A stretch of 32,000 bases of DNA from Candidatus Saccharimonadota bacterium (GTDB taxonomy: Bacteria > Patescibacteriota > Gracilibacteria > UBA1369 > 2-02-FULL-48-14). Both the position numbers and the translations under genes were made by a program. The notes under the pieces are model-generated. The model did not search any database, had not been told where the DNA came from, and was given only the letters and a program-made list of their open reading frames with translations. Location of the stretch: the NCBI GenBank assembly GCA_016699145.1, contig CP064962.1, positions 1,110,001 through 1,142,000 of the forward strand. The letters run 5' to 3'. Positions within the stretch are counted from its first letter, which is position 1, and every line of letters begins with the position of its first letter. Shown here in pieces: positions 7,335 through 17,100 of this stretch.

Positions 7335-7902
7335 TCGACACCAACTGTTTTTGGGTCTCTTCGTTTTTACACTCACACTGGCTCTGGGTGTGTGGCAATG
7401 GAGCGAACTTCAAGGCATGAAGGAACAAACCCAGGCCTTGCAAAGTGAGGCCAGCAATCTCACTTCTTTCAGCGAAGAATTGGCAGATGAATACAAAGTT
7501 ATAAAAGTGGATGTGACCGCCGCTCGCGAAGAAACCGAGCAAGCCCTTTCTGAAGTGTTTCCCGTGGGAGAAAATTTAACGGCTCTCACTCGTTTATTTG
7601 ATGATTACGCCGTAAAAAACAATTTTGAAAGCAATCCTTTTTTTATCAGTAGCATTCAATACAGCACTGAAAATCCAGATGCATCCGCGGCCACTTACCG
7701 CAGTTTGACTTTGAATCTCAACGCCACTGCTTCCAAAAAAAACCTGAGCAAATTCTTAGAAATGGTTGAAAATTCCGGCTCTTTAGAAGCTTCGGATCGT
7801 TTGATGAGCGTGCAAGGTTTGACAATCTCTTACCCCGATGAATACGGAGGCACTTATGCCCTGAAGGCCGAATTACAGGCTTACTACACCTCCGCTCTTT
7901 GA
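7327..7902 (+). CDS. PilO-like type IV pilus assembly protein
   Basis: 191 aa with an N-terminal TM segment (LFLGLFVFTLTLALGVW), a coiled coil, then a small alpha/beta domain (LTLNLNATASKKNLSKFLEMVENSG...LKAELQAYY). That is the PilO architecture, and the gene sits immediately upstream of pilB. Confidence 0.6.
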   Translation: MNDRHQLFLGLFVFTLTLALGVWQWSELQGMKEQTQALQSEASNLTSFSEELADEYKVIKVDVTAAREETEQALSEVFPVGENLTALTRLFDDYAVKNNFESNPFFISSIQYSTENPDASAATYRSLTLNLNATASKKNLSKFLEMVENSGSLEASDRLMSVQGLTISYPDEYGGTYALKAELQAYYTSAL

Positions 7903-7904
7903 TT

Positions 7905-9155
7905 ATGAACCCAAAACTCCAAGCATTGCAGGACGCGATTGTAGGGGGAAACATCCCTCAATTGGTGATGAATGCGGTGTCTTATGCCATCGACATGCGT
8001 TCTTCCGACATCCACATTGAACCCCAACAAAGCACGGTTCAAATGCGTTACCGCGTGGACGGTTCGTTGCAACGCATTGTGGAGTACCCGCACAACATTC
8101 ATCCGGCTGTGGTTTCGCGCATCAAAATCATGTCGAATTTAAAAATCGATGAACAGCGAATCCCGCAAGATGGACGGGCTCAAGTCACCACACAGGAAGG
8201 TCGCGAACTCGATTTGCGTGTGTCCAGTTTGCCCACAGTGAATGGAGAAAAAATGGTGATGCGTATTCAAGACAAATCCAAAGAAATTCCAAGCTTCGAA
8301 AAATTGGGCATCAGCGGGAATGCGCTCAAAGCCTTCACAGAGGCTCTCAGTTTGCCTAATGGAGTTTTGCTCACGTCGGGGCCCACGGGTTCGGGTAAAA
8401 CCACGACGCTTTACGCCGCTTTGCAACTTTTGAATAAGCCGGATGTGAACATCATGACCATTGAAGATCCGGTAGAAATTCAAATGAATGGACTCAATCA
8501 ATCGCAAGTGCATCCCGACATCGATTACAATTTTGCCTTTGGGCTGCGTACCGCGCTGCGTCAAGACCCCGACATCATCATGGTGGGGGAAATTCGTGAT
8601 CGTGAAACAGTGGATGTGGCCATTGAAGCCTCATTGACCGGTCACCTTGTTTTGTCCACCATTCATACCAATTCAGCAGTAGAAACGCTCACTCGTATTT
8701 TGAACATGGGCGTGCCCGGATTTTTGATGACCGCAACCATCAACGCCATTATGGCTCAACGCCTAGTGCGCCGCCTCTGCGACAAATGCAAAAAAATCAC
8801 ACTCACCGACGCTCAAACCCTGGAACGGGTGAAGGCGGCGCTGAGTCATCTGCACCCTGGTGAACCCCGCGATTCTGCACAAATGGCCGCTTTGCAATTT
8901 TTTGGCCCCGGCGGCGTGGCCTGCGAACAATGCAACGGCGTGGGCTATTACGGACGCGTGGGACTTTATGAGGTTTTAAAAATGAACAATTCCATTCGTG
9001 AAATGATTCTGAAAAACGCCTCTAGTATGGAAATTCAAGAAGCCGCGATAAAAAGTGGAATGGTCACTCTCGAACAAGCCGGCATCTTAAAAGCCCTCGC
9101 TGGCATCACTTCACTCGAAGAAGTTTATTCTGTAGCTCGTCCTGAATCCGCTTGA
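7905..9155 (+). CDS. pilB: Type IV pilus assembly ATPase (GspE/PilB family), short form lacking the usual N-terminal domain
   Basis: Walker A is SGPTGSGKTTTLYAAL, Walker B and Asp box is DPDIIMVGEIRD, and the His box is HLVLSTIHTN. The tetracysteine motif CDKC...CEQC is typical of PilB/GspE rather than PilT. I chose the ATG at 7905; the track start TTG 7899 overlaps the upstream stop. Confidence 0.93.
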   Translation: MNPKLQALQDAIVGGNIPQLVMNAVSYAIDMRSSDIHIEPQQSTVQMRYRVDGSLQRIVEYPHNIHPAVVSRIKIMSNLKIDEQRIPQDGRAQVTTQEGRELDLRVSSLPTVNGEKMVMRIQDKSKEIPSFEKLGISGNALKAFTEALSLPNGVLLTSGPTGSGKTTTLYAALQLLNKPDVNIMTIEDPVEIQMNGLNQSQVHPDIDYNFAFGLRTALRQDPDIIMVGEIRDRETVDVAIEASLTGHLVLSTIHTNSAVETLTRILNMGVPGFLMTATINAIMAQRLVRRLCDKCKKITLTDAQTLERVKAALSHLHPGEPRDSAQMAALQFFGPGGVACEQCNGVGYYGRVGLYEVLKMNNSIREMILKNASSMEIQEAAIKSGMVTLEQAGILKALAGITSLEEVYSVARPESA

Positions 9156-9157
9156 TT

Positions 9158-10360
9158 ATGAATGTAGACAACCCCAACACGACGCGTCTCGACATTGGGC
9201 TTTCACGCGAAGACCAAGAACGAATTGAGAATTTGCGCACCGTGAATTTGGATAAAAAATCGCGCAATCCATCGACGTTTTTTAAACAATTGAATGATGC
9301 GGTCATTGGATGGACTAAAATTTCATTGCGAGAAAAGGTGACTTTTTTTCAATTGCTCGCCGTGATGATCAACGCAGGCATGCCTATCATTCGCTCGCTT
9401 TACGTTTTGGCAGATCAGCTCAAAAACCTCAAACTCAAAGTGGTGATTCGAAAATTGGCCCTTGAAATGGAGGAAGGAAAAAGCCTTTCGCAAGCCATGG
9501 AGAGTCATCCCAGCGTATTTTCTGCCGCAGACCGGGGCATGGTGGCCAGCGGCGAAGCTTCAGGAAATTTAAATGCCATTTTGAACGACATCGCTCACCA
9601 ATCTGAAAAAAGTGCCATGATCATTTCAAAAGTGCGTGGAGCCATGATTTATCCAGCCGCCATTTTAATCATCATGGGACTGTGCCTCTTTCTTATTTTG
9701 ACCATGGTGGTGCCCAAACTCACCGACTTATTCACCAGCAGCGGAAAAGCCTTGCCAACCAGCACCAACTTGCTTTTGAAAACTTCGGCTTGGGCTCAAG
9801 AATATTGGTTAGCGGTCTTATTGCTTTTTTTGGCCTTCATGCTCGGCCTCATTCTGATGCACCAAACCAAAAAAGGACGTTACAGCATCGATCTTGTGCT
9901 TTTGCGTCTCCCCATTTTTGGCAAATTGATCCGTGAACTCATGATTTCCCGTTTTGCACGTATGCTCGCCAGTTTGATGAAAGCCGGAGTGCCCATTGTG
10001 CGAGCGCTAGAAATCGATTCCAATGCCCTGGGCAACACCGTGTATCAACAGCGTGTGAATTTTGCCTCTCAAGACGTGGCTCAAGGGATTCCTCTCGGGG
10101 AAAACCTGAGTGGAAGCGATTTTCTTTTCCCACCCATGGTGGCTTCCATGGTGCTGGTCGGGGAGCAAACCGCCAATCTTTCAGAAGTTTGTGGGAAAAT
10201 TGCAGATTACTATGAAGAGGAAGTGGACAATGCCGTGGCTTCGCTTTCCAAACTGATGGAGCCCGTCATTCTGGTGGTCATGGGAGGCATGGTCGGGTTC
10301 ATTGTGGCGGCAATCATGCAGCCCATCATTTCGCTTTCAGACATTTCCAGCTCCATATAA
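9158..10360 (+). CDS. pilC: Type IV pilus / T2SS platform protein (PilC/GspF family)
   Basis: About 400 aa with the duplicated GspF-type repeat (FFQLLAVMINAGMPIIRSL... and FARMLASLMKAGVPIVRAL...) and three hydrophobic TM regions. It lies directly downstream of pilB. I chose the ATG at 9158; the track TTG is at 9152. Confidence 0.93.
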   Translation: MNVDNPNTTRLDIGLSREDQERIENLRTVNLDKKSRNPSTFFKQLNDAVIGWTKISLREKVTFFQLLAVMINAGMPIIRSLYVLADQLKNLKLKVVIRKLALEMEEGKSLSQAMESHPSVFSAADRGMVASGEASGNLNAILNDIAHQSEKSAMIISKVRGAMIYPAAILIIMGLCLFLILTMVVPKLTDLFTSSGKALPTSTNLLLKTSAWAQEYWLAVLLLFLAFMLGLILMHQTKKGRYSIDLVLLRLPIFGKLIRELMISRFARMLASLMKAGVPIVRALEIDSNALGNTVYQQRVNFASQDVAQGIPLGENLSGSDFLFPPMVASMVLVGEQTANLSEVCGKIADYYEEEVDNAVASLSKLMEPVILVVMGGMVGFIVAAIMQPIISLSDISSSI

Positions 10361-10370
10361 AAGAGAGCGC

Positions 10371-10398
10371 TTGCAATTTCAAAGTGACGGAGTAGTAT
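10371..10398 (+). promoter_or_regulatory. Possible internal promoter for the pilin gene: TTGCAA-N16-TAGTAT
   Basis: TTGCAA at 10371-10376 and TAGTAT at 10393-10398, in the 70-nt gap between pilC and the pilin gene. Confidence 0.3.
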
Positions 10399-10430
10399 TC
10401 TTAAGAAACGTCATTTTAACCATTTACGTC

Positions 10431-11018
10431 ATGAATCTCAGTCCTCTTCGCCGACGAGCGTTCACTCTAATTGAGCTTTTAATTGTCATCACCATCATTG
10501 GGATTTTAGCCGTCGCGCTGATCCCAAGACTCACCGGAGGTCCCGGTCGCGCCCGCGATGCTCAGCGCCAAGCCGATTTGCAACAAATCGCAACGGCCAT
10601 GGAATTTTTGTACAACGACCGAGGGGCTTACCCCAATTTCTCTGGATGCGTCAGCGACATGACCGATCTCAGCAGCTATTTGACCACAGTACCCAGTGAT
10701 CCTTCCAGCCGCGCCGTTTCTGCCACTCACATCAGTGGAACAGGAGCTCCCACATGTTCAACAGGTTACGCGTATGTGGGCTTGAACGGAGGATCTGCTC
10801 CGACGAGCACCTATGGCACTTACAATTCCACCGGTTATTTGCTCATTGCTGATTTGGAAACAGAAACCACACGTGGGCAATCCATTTATGGAGGAGCCAC
10901 CGCCTTTGCCTTAACCTGGAATGCAACGGCAGCCAGCAATTTCAGCAGCAACTCTACTAAATTGTGTAGCAGTTCTTCGTGTACCGCGACCAATGTTTGG
11001 TTGATGTCCGGACGATGA
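10431..11018 (+). CDS. Type IV pilin / pseudopilin (class III signal peptide, GspG-like N-terminal helix)
   Basis: From the ATG at 10431 the protein reads MNLSPLRRRA-FTLIELLIVITIIGILAVALIPRL...ARDAQRQADLQQIATAMEFLYNDRGAYP. This carries the prepilin motif with Glu at +5. It has 195 aa, four Cys residues and a Ser/Thr/Gly-rich globular part. The track ORF start at 10302 overlaps pilC and would bury the signal peptide. Confidence 0.9.
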   Translation: MNLSPLRRRAFTLIELLIVITIIGILAVALIPRLTGGPGRARDAQRQADLQQIATAMEFLYNDRGAYPNFSGCVSDMTDLSSYLTTVPSDPSSRAVSATHISGTGAPTCSTGYAYVGLNGGSAPTSTYGTYNSTGYLLIADLETETTRGQSIYGGATAFALTWNATAASNFSSNSTKLCSSSSCTATNVWLMSGR

Positions 11019-11055
11019 TCTCAAGCTAGAAGCCATCTCAAAAAATCCAATTAAA

Positions 11056-11080
11056 GCCCTTCCCAGCGAGGGGCTTTTTT
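11056..11080 (+). terminator. Rho-independent terminator after the pilin gene
   Basis: GCCCTTC (11056-11062), CCAGC loop, GAGGGGC (11068-11074, with one G-U pair), then TTTTTT (11075-11080). Confidence 0.7.
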
Positions 11081-11161
11081 GTTTGTCAGGAAATATTTTT
11101 ATATTAATCAAGTCGAAATCATCTCAACAGATTAAATTCGAGGGTAAAGCCCAAAGCTTTT

Positions 11162-11170
11162 TGCTAGAAT
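11162..11170 (+). promoter_or_regulatory. Extended -10 promoter element (TGcTAGAAT) 9 nt upstream of the giant-gene ATG
   Basis: TG at 11162-11163 and TAGAAT at 11165-11170. No good -35 was seen. Only 9 nt separate the -10 from the ATG at 11180, which implies a leaderless or near-leaderless mRNA. Confidence 0.4.
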
Positions 11171-11179
11171 AAAACCCGT

Positions 11180-14100
11180 ATGAATCCGCACGCCACTCCA
11201 CGCTCCACGCGCTTGATCGTACTTGCAATTTTATTCACCTTATTTGCCTCCTTTTTGCCGATGGTTCGGGTGACGGAAGCGTTGAGCATCATTGGAAGGG
11301 CGCAATTGGAACTGAGCGGAAATCCTGGGGGAGGCTTGAATGAAATTCGTTCCGTAAGCCCGGTGGAAACACGTTACGACTTGGTGGTGATTTTAGTGGA
11401 TGAAGAAATCTGGAGCAGCTCATCCAGCGGTTCGGGCTTTTTTTCATTTTTAGGCACCGCGGCTCTGAACGAAAAAATTCAACGTTATGCCGAAGACGTG
11501 CAATCCGCTTTGCCGTGGACAAAAAGCATGATCGTGACGGTTTCGCCGGGAGATAGCACAGTAGACATACAGCGTTTTTTAGAAAAATTGTATTTTGAAG
11601 GGAATGCCGAGGACAGCGACGCCACGCGCCTTGCGGGAGTAGTAGCCGTGGGACAAGTGCCCTTGCCCGTGGTGAATAAAAACGGATACCGCTTCGTGTC
11701 TTTGCTGCCTTACACTGATTTTGAAGAACCTGCCTACATTGTGGACGAAGCCAGCCAAGATTTCGTACTCAACACGGGGGCTCAAAACCTTCAAGCAGAA
11801 GTCTGGCATGGAGTCTTAGTGCCTCCTTTGGGGGGACAAGACGGGGTGGATCTGCTCGCGGCTTACTTCGATAAAAATCATGCCTTCCACTCGGGGGAGG
11901 AAGAATACATCCGTTTTGATGAAAAAGTCTTCATCGCCGATTTTGTCACGGAGAGTCACACGCTGAATTCTGTGGCTTATGGCGCTTATGAACGTTACAC
12001 CAATTTGTGGGAAGACTTGGCTTACTACCGTTACACCAATGATTTGATTGAGGAAGTTTTCACCGAAATGCAAAGCACAGTGAATTCGGGGGACATGCTC
12101 GACAACGATTTTGACGGCAATTACGACGAAGAAGCCAGCAATAATATGGACGACGACGGAGATGGCCTGGTGGATGAAGATTTAGGGGACGGTTTTTTTG
12201 GGATAGACAACGATGGCGATGGTCTAGTGGATGAAGACGGCTCCGCAGATAATAACAACGACGAAGATCATTTGACCGACGAAGATCCTCCAGGGGATGC
12301 CAATGCCGACGGCTGTGCAGGGTATTGTGGCAAAGACGACAATGGGGACGCTTCAGACAGCGACGGAGACGGTTACCCCAATGGACTCGAAACAGTGCTG
12401 GGCACCGATCCTGCCGATGAAAGTGAACCTTGGAAATCGGTGCTCACCTTTTCGAATGCCGAACCTTATTCCTTCAATTTTTCTACTGCGGATGAAGCCA
12501 CCGACTACTGGGCAGCAGCTTTCACGGATCAATTTTTTGCTGGAAATGGACTGGACAGTTCCTGTTATTCGAATGGCGCTTATCACCCTGAATGGGACGA
12601 CGATGAAGACGGTTTCTGCGACGAAGATGGTTCCATCGAAATGCCTGCTGGAGCTTTTTGTGCGTACAACGATGCCGACTGCGACGGCACGGTGGATGAA
12701 GACACCCAAGGCTTGCAACCGCGCGCTTTGTTTGAAAATTTACCCGACTTGCAATCCAAAAAATTACTGGAAGGTTTGACTAAAAAATACGTCGAACTCT
12801 TCAGTGAGCCCCAAGGAGTTTGGAATCGAGTGGTCAGAGGCACGGGCCGCTACGAAGCTCAAGCGCTCGATTCGAATGAAAGGGCGCTCAGCGATTACGA
12901 CACGCCGATTTCTCTCATTTCTAAAAAAGATGAATACACTCTAGAGTATTTGCGTGCGGTCAACGACACCCTTGAAAGTTTGACCAACGACTTGGTCAAC
13001 GAAGAATTGGCTCGTCAAATTCCCGTCATTGGCATGATGGAACTCAGCGGCACCTACACTGCCGAAGAAGAAGACAGCGAAGCACAAGCCATTTGTACGG
13101 CGGGGGAAGCAGCAGATTTGACCAGTGACGCCTGTCTACAATTTTTCAATTCCGGATCCAGCGATGGAGTTTTTGATTCGGTGGATTTGCCGCACAATTC
13201 CATGGCTGAGTATGTCTCGTCCAACGACGCAGATAAAATTTATATGAACGGAACAGCCCTCACCGACATCGACAGTCCCGCGGCTTGTACCCTTTTCGCA
13301 GGGACTTATGAAGAGGACGGTCAGCTCTCGCAATTCAATGCCATGTACAGTACTGATCAGTTGGATTTGAACGTGAATGAAGTCCAGGATTACAAAAATT
13401 GTGTGCCCGAATTCGCTTCATATTTGGATGAGATCCCCGAGCTGTGTAGCGTGGCCACTGCCACCGAAGACATTCGCAATTTAGGTGGAGCCATTTCGGC
13501 GGATGAACTGGCCGAGCGCATCGGACAAACACCTGAAGAGGCCGCCTCCAATTGGGAAGTGGGTCCCGAAGCGTGTTACGAATTTCGAGAATTCACGACG
13601 TATAGCGTCTACTTGCAATCGAATGGACGTTTCAACGATTGGCTGTCTAAAAAACTTCGTAAATTTCAAAAGGACAGCGGACGCGACGAATCGGAATATG
13701 AAGAATTTTTAGAACGAGTTCAAGAAAGACGCGAAGAATGGGGACCCGACACTGTCACGCTCCGAAAACATTTTAGAGAACTGGATTTGATTTCTTCCAG
13801 CACCGAAATCACCTACACCGTCACCGACATGATGAATGATGTGCTGGGTTATAGAGAAGAGTGGAACGATGATGACATCGACACGTATTTGGCCCTGCAC
13901 GATGAAGACACGCCCATTGTTATTCAAAATCCTGAGTATGGATCGGGAACAGAAGATTTGGCGAACATCACGGTGTATTTGAACAAAGCCTATCTGAGGG
14001 AAGATTCGGAGTCCTTCACTTTGGACGAAGAGGAGGCCGAAATGATTTCTTCCAGCTATTATCACAACGAACCCAACTCAGCCACTTTGAACGCTCAGGC

Positions 14101-17100
14101 GGCCACTTTGGCTTCGCCCAATCTTCCCATTGATGCGACGCGTCGTGTGGTTTTCATTGATGAAGCGGATGAAAGTCAAACACTGAATTATGTGAATGCG
14201 TTCGATGCCAGCACCGTTTCTGACGTGCAAAACCAATTGGACATTTTAGCCGCTGCCGTCGCAAATGTTTCAGAGGGCAGCACTCATGCCAATGACGTGG
14301 AAAACTTCATGGATGCACTGAACGTTCATCAATTGGAAGATGCCCTCACGTGGTACCGTTTGAGCATCGATGAAAAACACGATTATGTGCTCAGTCACTA
14401 TTTGGGCAGCGAAGAGCCTGTTATTTCCAAGGCTCGCAACGGTTACGAAGTGGTGTCCATTATTGCCGATGGCAAGGCCGATGAAATGGTGGCTGCTTTT
14501 CATCCCGTAGACGAACAGGAAAGCGATTTGGAATTCATTTACAGGGATTTAGAATTGGCGGAAGCAGCCCTCTCGGAAGATCAAGCGCCCTCCCAACCCG
14601 AGCCACTCAGCGCCTTGAGCAACACCACTCCCGTAAACCTGTGGGAATGGTTTCCTGCCGTTGAAACTTGGCTGGGGGAACTGCGAAATTCGGTCAATAA
14701 TTTTGGAACCTATGGGGGCGGAGCCGTTTGTGGAGACGCTTCCGATTTTGTCCAAGAAAATGGAGATGAAGATGGGAATGGAATCCCCGATGGAGCAGAG
14801 GCTACGCTGCGTCTGACTTTAAGCAGTGAAGATTACAGTGTTTTAGAAGCCTATGGTTTAAATGGAGACACTTATGTGGTTTCGGTCAGTGCAAGGCAAG
14901 CAGACGATTCTTTGAATGCGCTCGATAACAACACCGAAATTCTGCTGCAAGTCGTCAGCGGCACTGCCAGTGCAGAAATTTTAGGAAGTTCCATTTTGCA
15001 GCTCAGCGGTGGAGTGGCCAGTTTTTCCATTGGCGGTCTGGAACCTGGCACCTTCACTTTACAAGCCTCCGCTAGCAACCGTGAAAATGTAACAAACTCC
15101 AATCTTTTGAGTGGAACGGTGGAGGAAAAACATTTGAAAGTGAGCACCTTCATTCGTGAAAATGCAGATGGAACCGTGCAAGAAAATCATTCAGGGCAGC
15201 GCATTGAAGTCAGGAACGAAAATGGAGAAGTAGTCGCCGTTTTAAATCCTGAAAATGGTGACTTGGAATTGCGCGGCGTGCAGGCCAAACTCTTGGAAGC
15301 CACTCCAAATTTGCCCACTCGTGTGAGCATTCAAGATTCGGAAGGCAGAACCTATGGTGTTTTCTTCCTCATCCCTGAAGTCAAAACGGTTGCAATAGGA
15401 GATGGCTATGCCGGGGTCTTTGTGGAAACCTTAGATTCAAGCCATGAAGCCCTCCCCACCGATGCAGGCGTGGGCCTCTTCAAAGACACTTTGCAAATGG
15501 GCCTTGTTACCGATCATGGACAAATTGCAGTGTCAGAAGGCTATCGTTTGGAATTTGAAAATCCCAGTGAAATAAATCTGTATGAGCCCTTGTACATCAC
15601 CAATTCAGCAGGAGAGCGTTTCTTCAAAGTGAGCATCAAACATTCCATTCAGCAGGGTTCTTTAGTGGAACCCACGGGCCTCTACGAAAATCATTTGAGC
15701 TTGAAACACAAAACGTGGTTCAAACGGGCCCTTGCGGCTTTAGTGATTCCCGATTACGACGCGGACGGATTGGACGATTTGGAAGAATGGGTGATTGGAA
15801 CGGAGACAAATCTCTCTGACACCGATGAAGACGGCTATTTGGATGGAACTGAAATTTTTTCGGGCTACAGTCCCTTGGAAGAAGAGGAAAAATTATTCAC
15901 TGATATCGATGGCTCTCATGAGGCCTATTACGCTCTGGCCACTTTGTATTTGCGAGGCATCGTCAAAGGGTACAGCGATGGCACATTTAGACCCGACAAT
16001 CCCATCACACGTGAAGAATTCATCAAGATCGACTTGGGTGCTATTTGTAAGGATTGCGACAGTTATGAATCCGCTTATGAAGAGGCGCTGATGGCGCTTT
16101 ACAACCAAGATCCTTTTCCGGATGAAAACATCAGTTCAGAACTTTTAGCCTGTGTCGCAGAGGCAAAAACATCAGGAATTGTTTCGGGCTATGCGGGAGG
16201 TGAAGAGGCCGGATTTTTCTTACCGAATCGCCAAATCAGTGTAGCAGAAGCGACGAAAGTTTTAGTTGAAACAGCCGGTTTTGAAAGCCGAACTCCCACG
16301 AGCAATGAAGCCTGGTACGTGGGTTATGTAGAAGCGGCACAAGAACACGATTTATTTCCTACCAATCAAGCCCTCACTCGGGAATGGTTGGAGGGAAGCA
16401 TCACGCGTGCAGAATTCGTGATGATGGCCGTGAATTTGGTGGAGGCACAGGATTGTCGCGCAGTGGACAATGATGCCGACTACTTGAGCGATGTGGAAGA
16501 AACCGTGCTCTATGGCACAAACCCTCAAAATGCAGACACCGATTTGGGCGGCGTGAGCGACTTTGATGAAATCGTTCGGAGCAGCGATCCTTTGAATGCC
16601 GAAGACGATTTCCCCGCTGACACTTCAGACCAAGAGCAGGAAGATTATTCTGCTTACAGTTCTTTTGAGCATGAAGCGGGGCTCTATTCCGTTTCCTCAA
16701 ACGATGCCTATGAAAGCATTACCGTGAATGCAGAAAGCGATTCAAGCGCCCCCAATGTGTATACAAACACTATACCCGCCGACGGAGAAGCCACTTTGTA
16801 TGTGCGTGCCGAAATCACGAATTTGGAAGGAAGCATTTATGTGGATGACAATAGCAGTATTGTCGAGTTTGTGCTTTCCAGTTCAGAACATGGGCGCTTG
16901 GACAGCAACCTCATACAAGTGCAAGGTGGGGTCGCAGAAGCAGTGTTCAACGCTTCCCAAAATGCCGGGGAACTGCATGTCAGTGCTCAAGTTCGTGAAG
17001 GGGCTCTTCCATATGAAGGCCAGACCATTGAGGTCTATGCAGGCCAACCCACTTCCATGAATTTAGCCTTGGAATCCACCGTCCTTCCCATGGGCGGACA

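Noticed and set aside
10302-10430. N-terminal extension of the pilin ORF (track start 10302)
   Set aside because: It overlaps the pilC 3' end and the intergenic promoter. It would also place the class III signal peptide 43 residues inside the protein. The ATG at 10431 gives a canonical prepilin leader.
12297-12779. 160-aa plus-strand ORF in an alternative frame within the Asp-rich repeat region. Many other ORFs of 60-140 aa inside 11180-26160 were also seen on both strands, for example 13709..14065 and 21996..22424.
   Set aside because: All are nested in the giant reading frame and have skewed, repeat-derived compositions. None has independent start signals.
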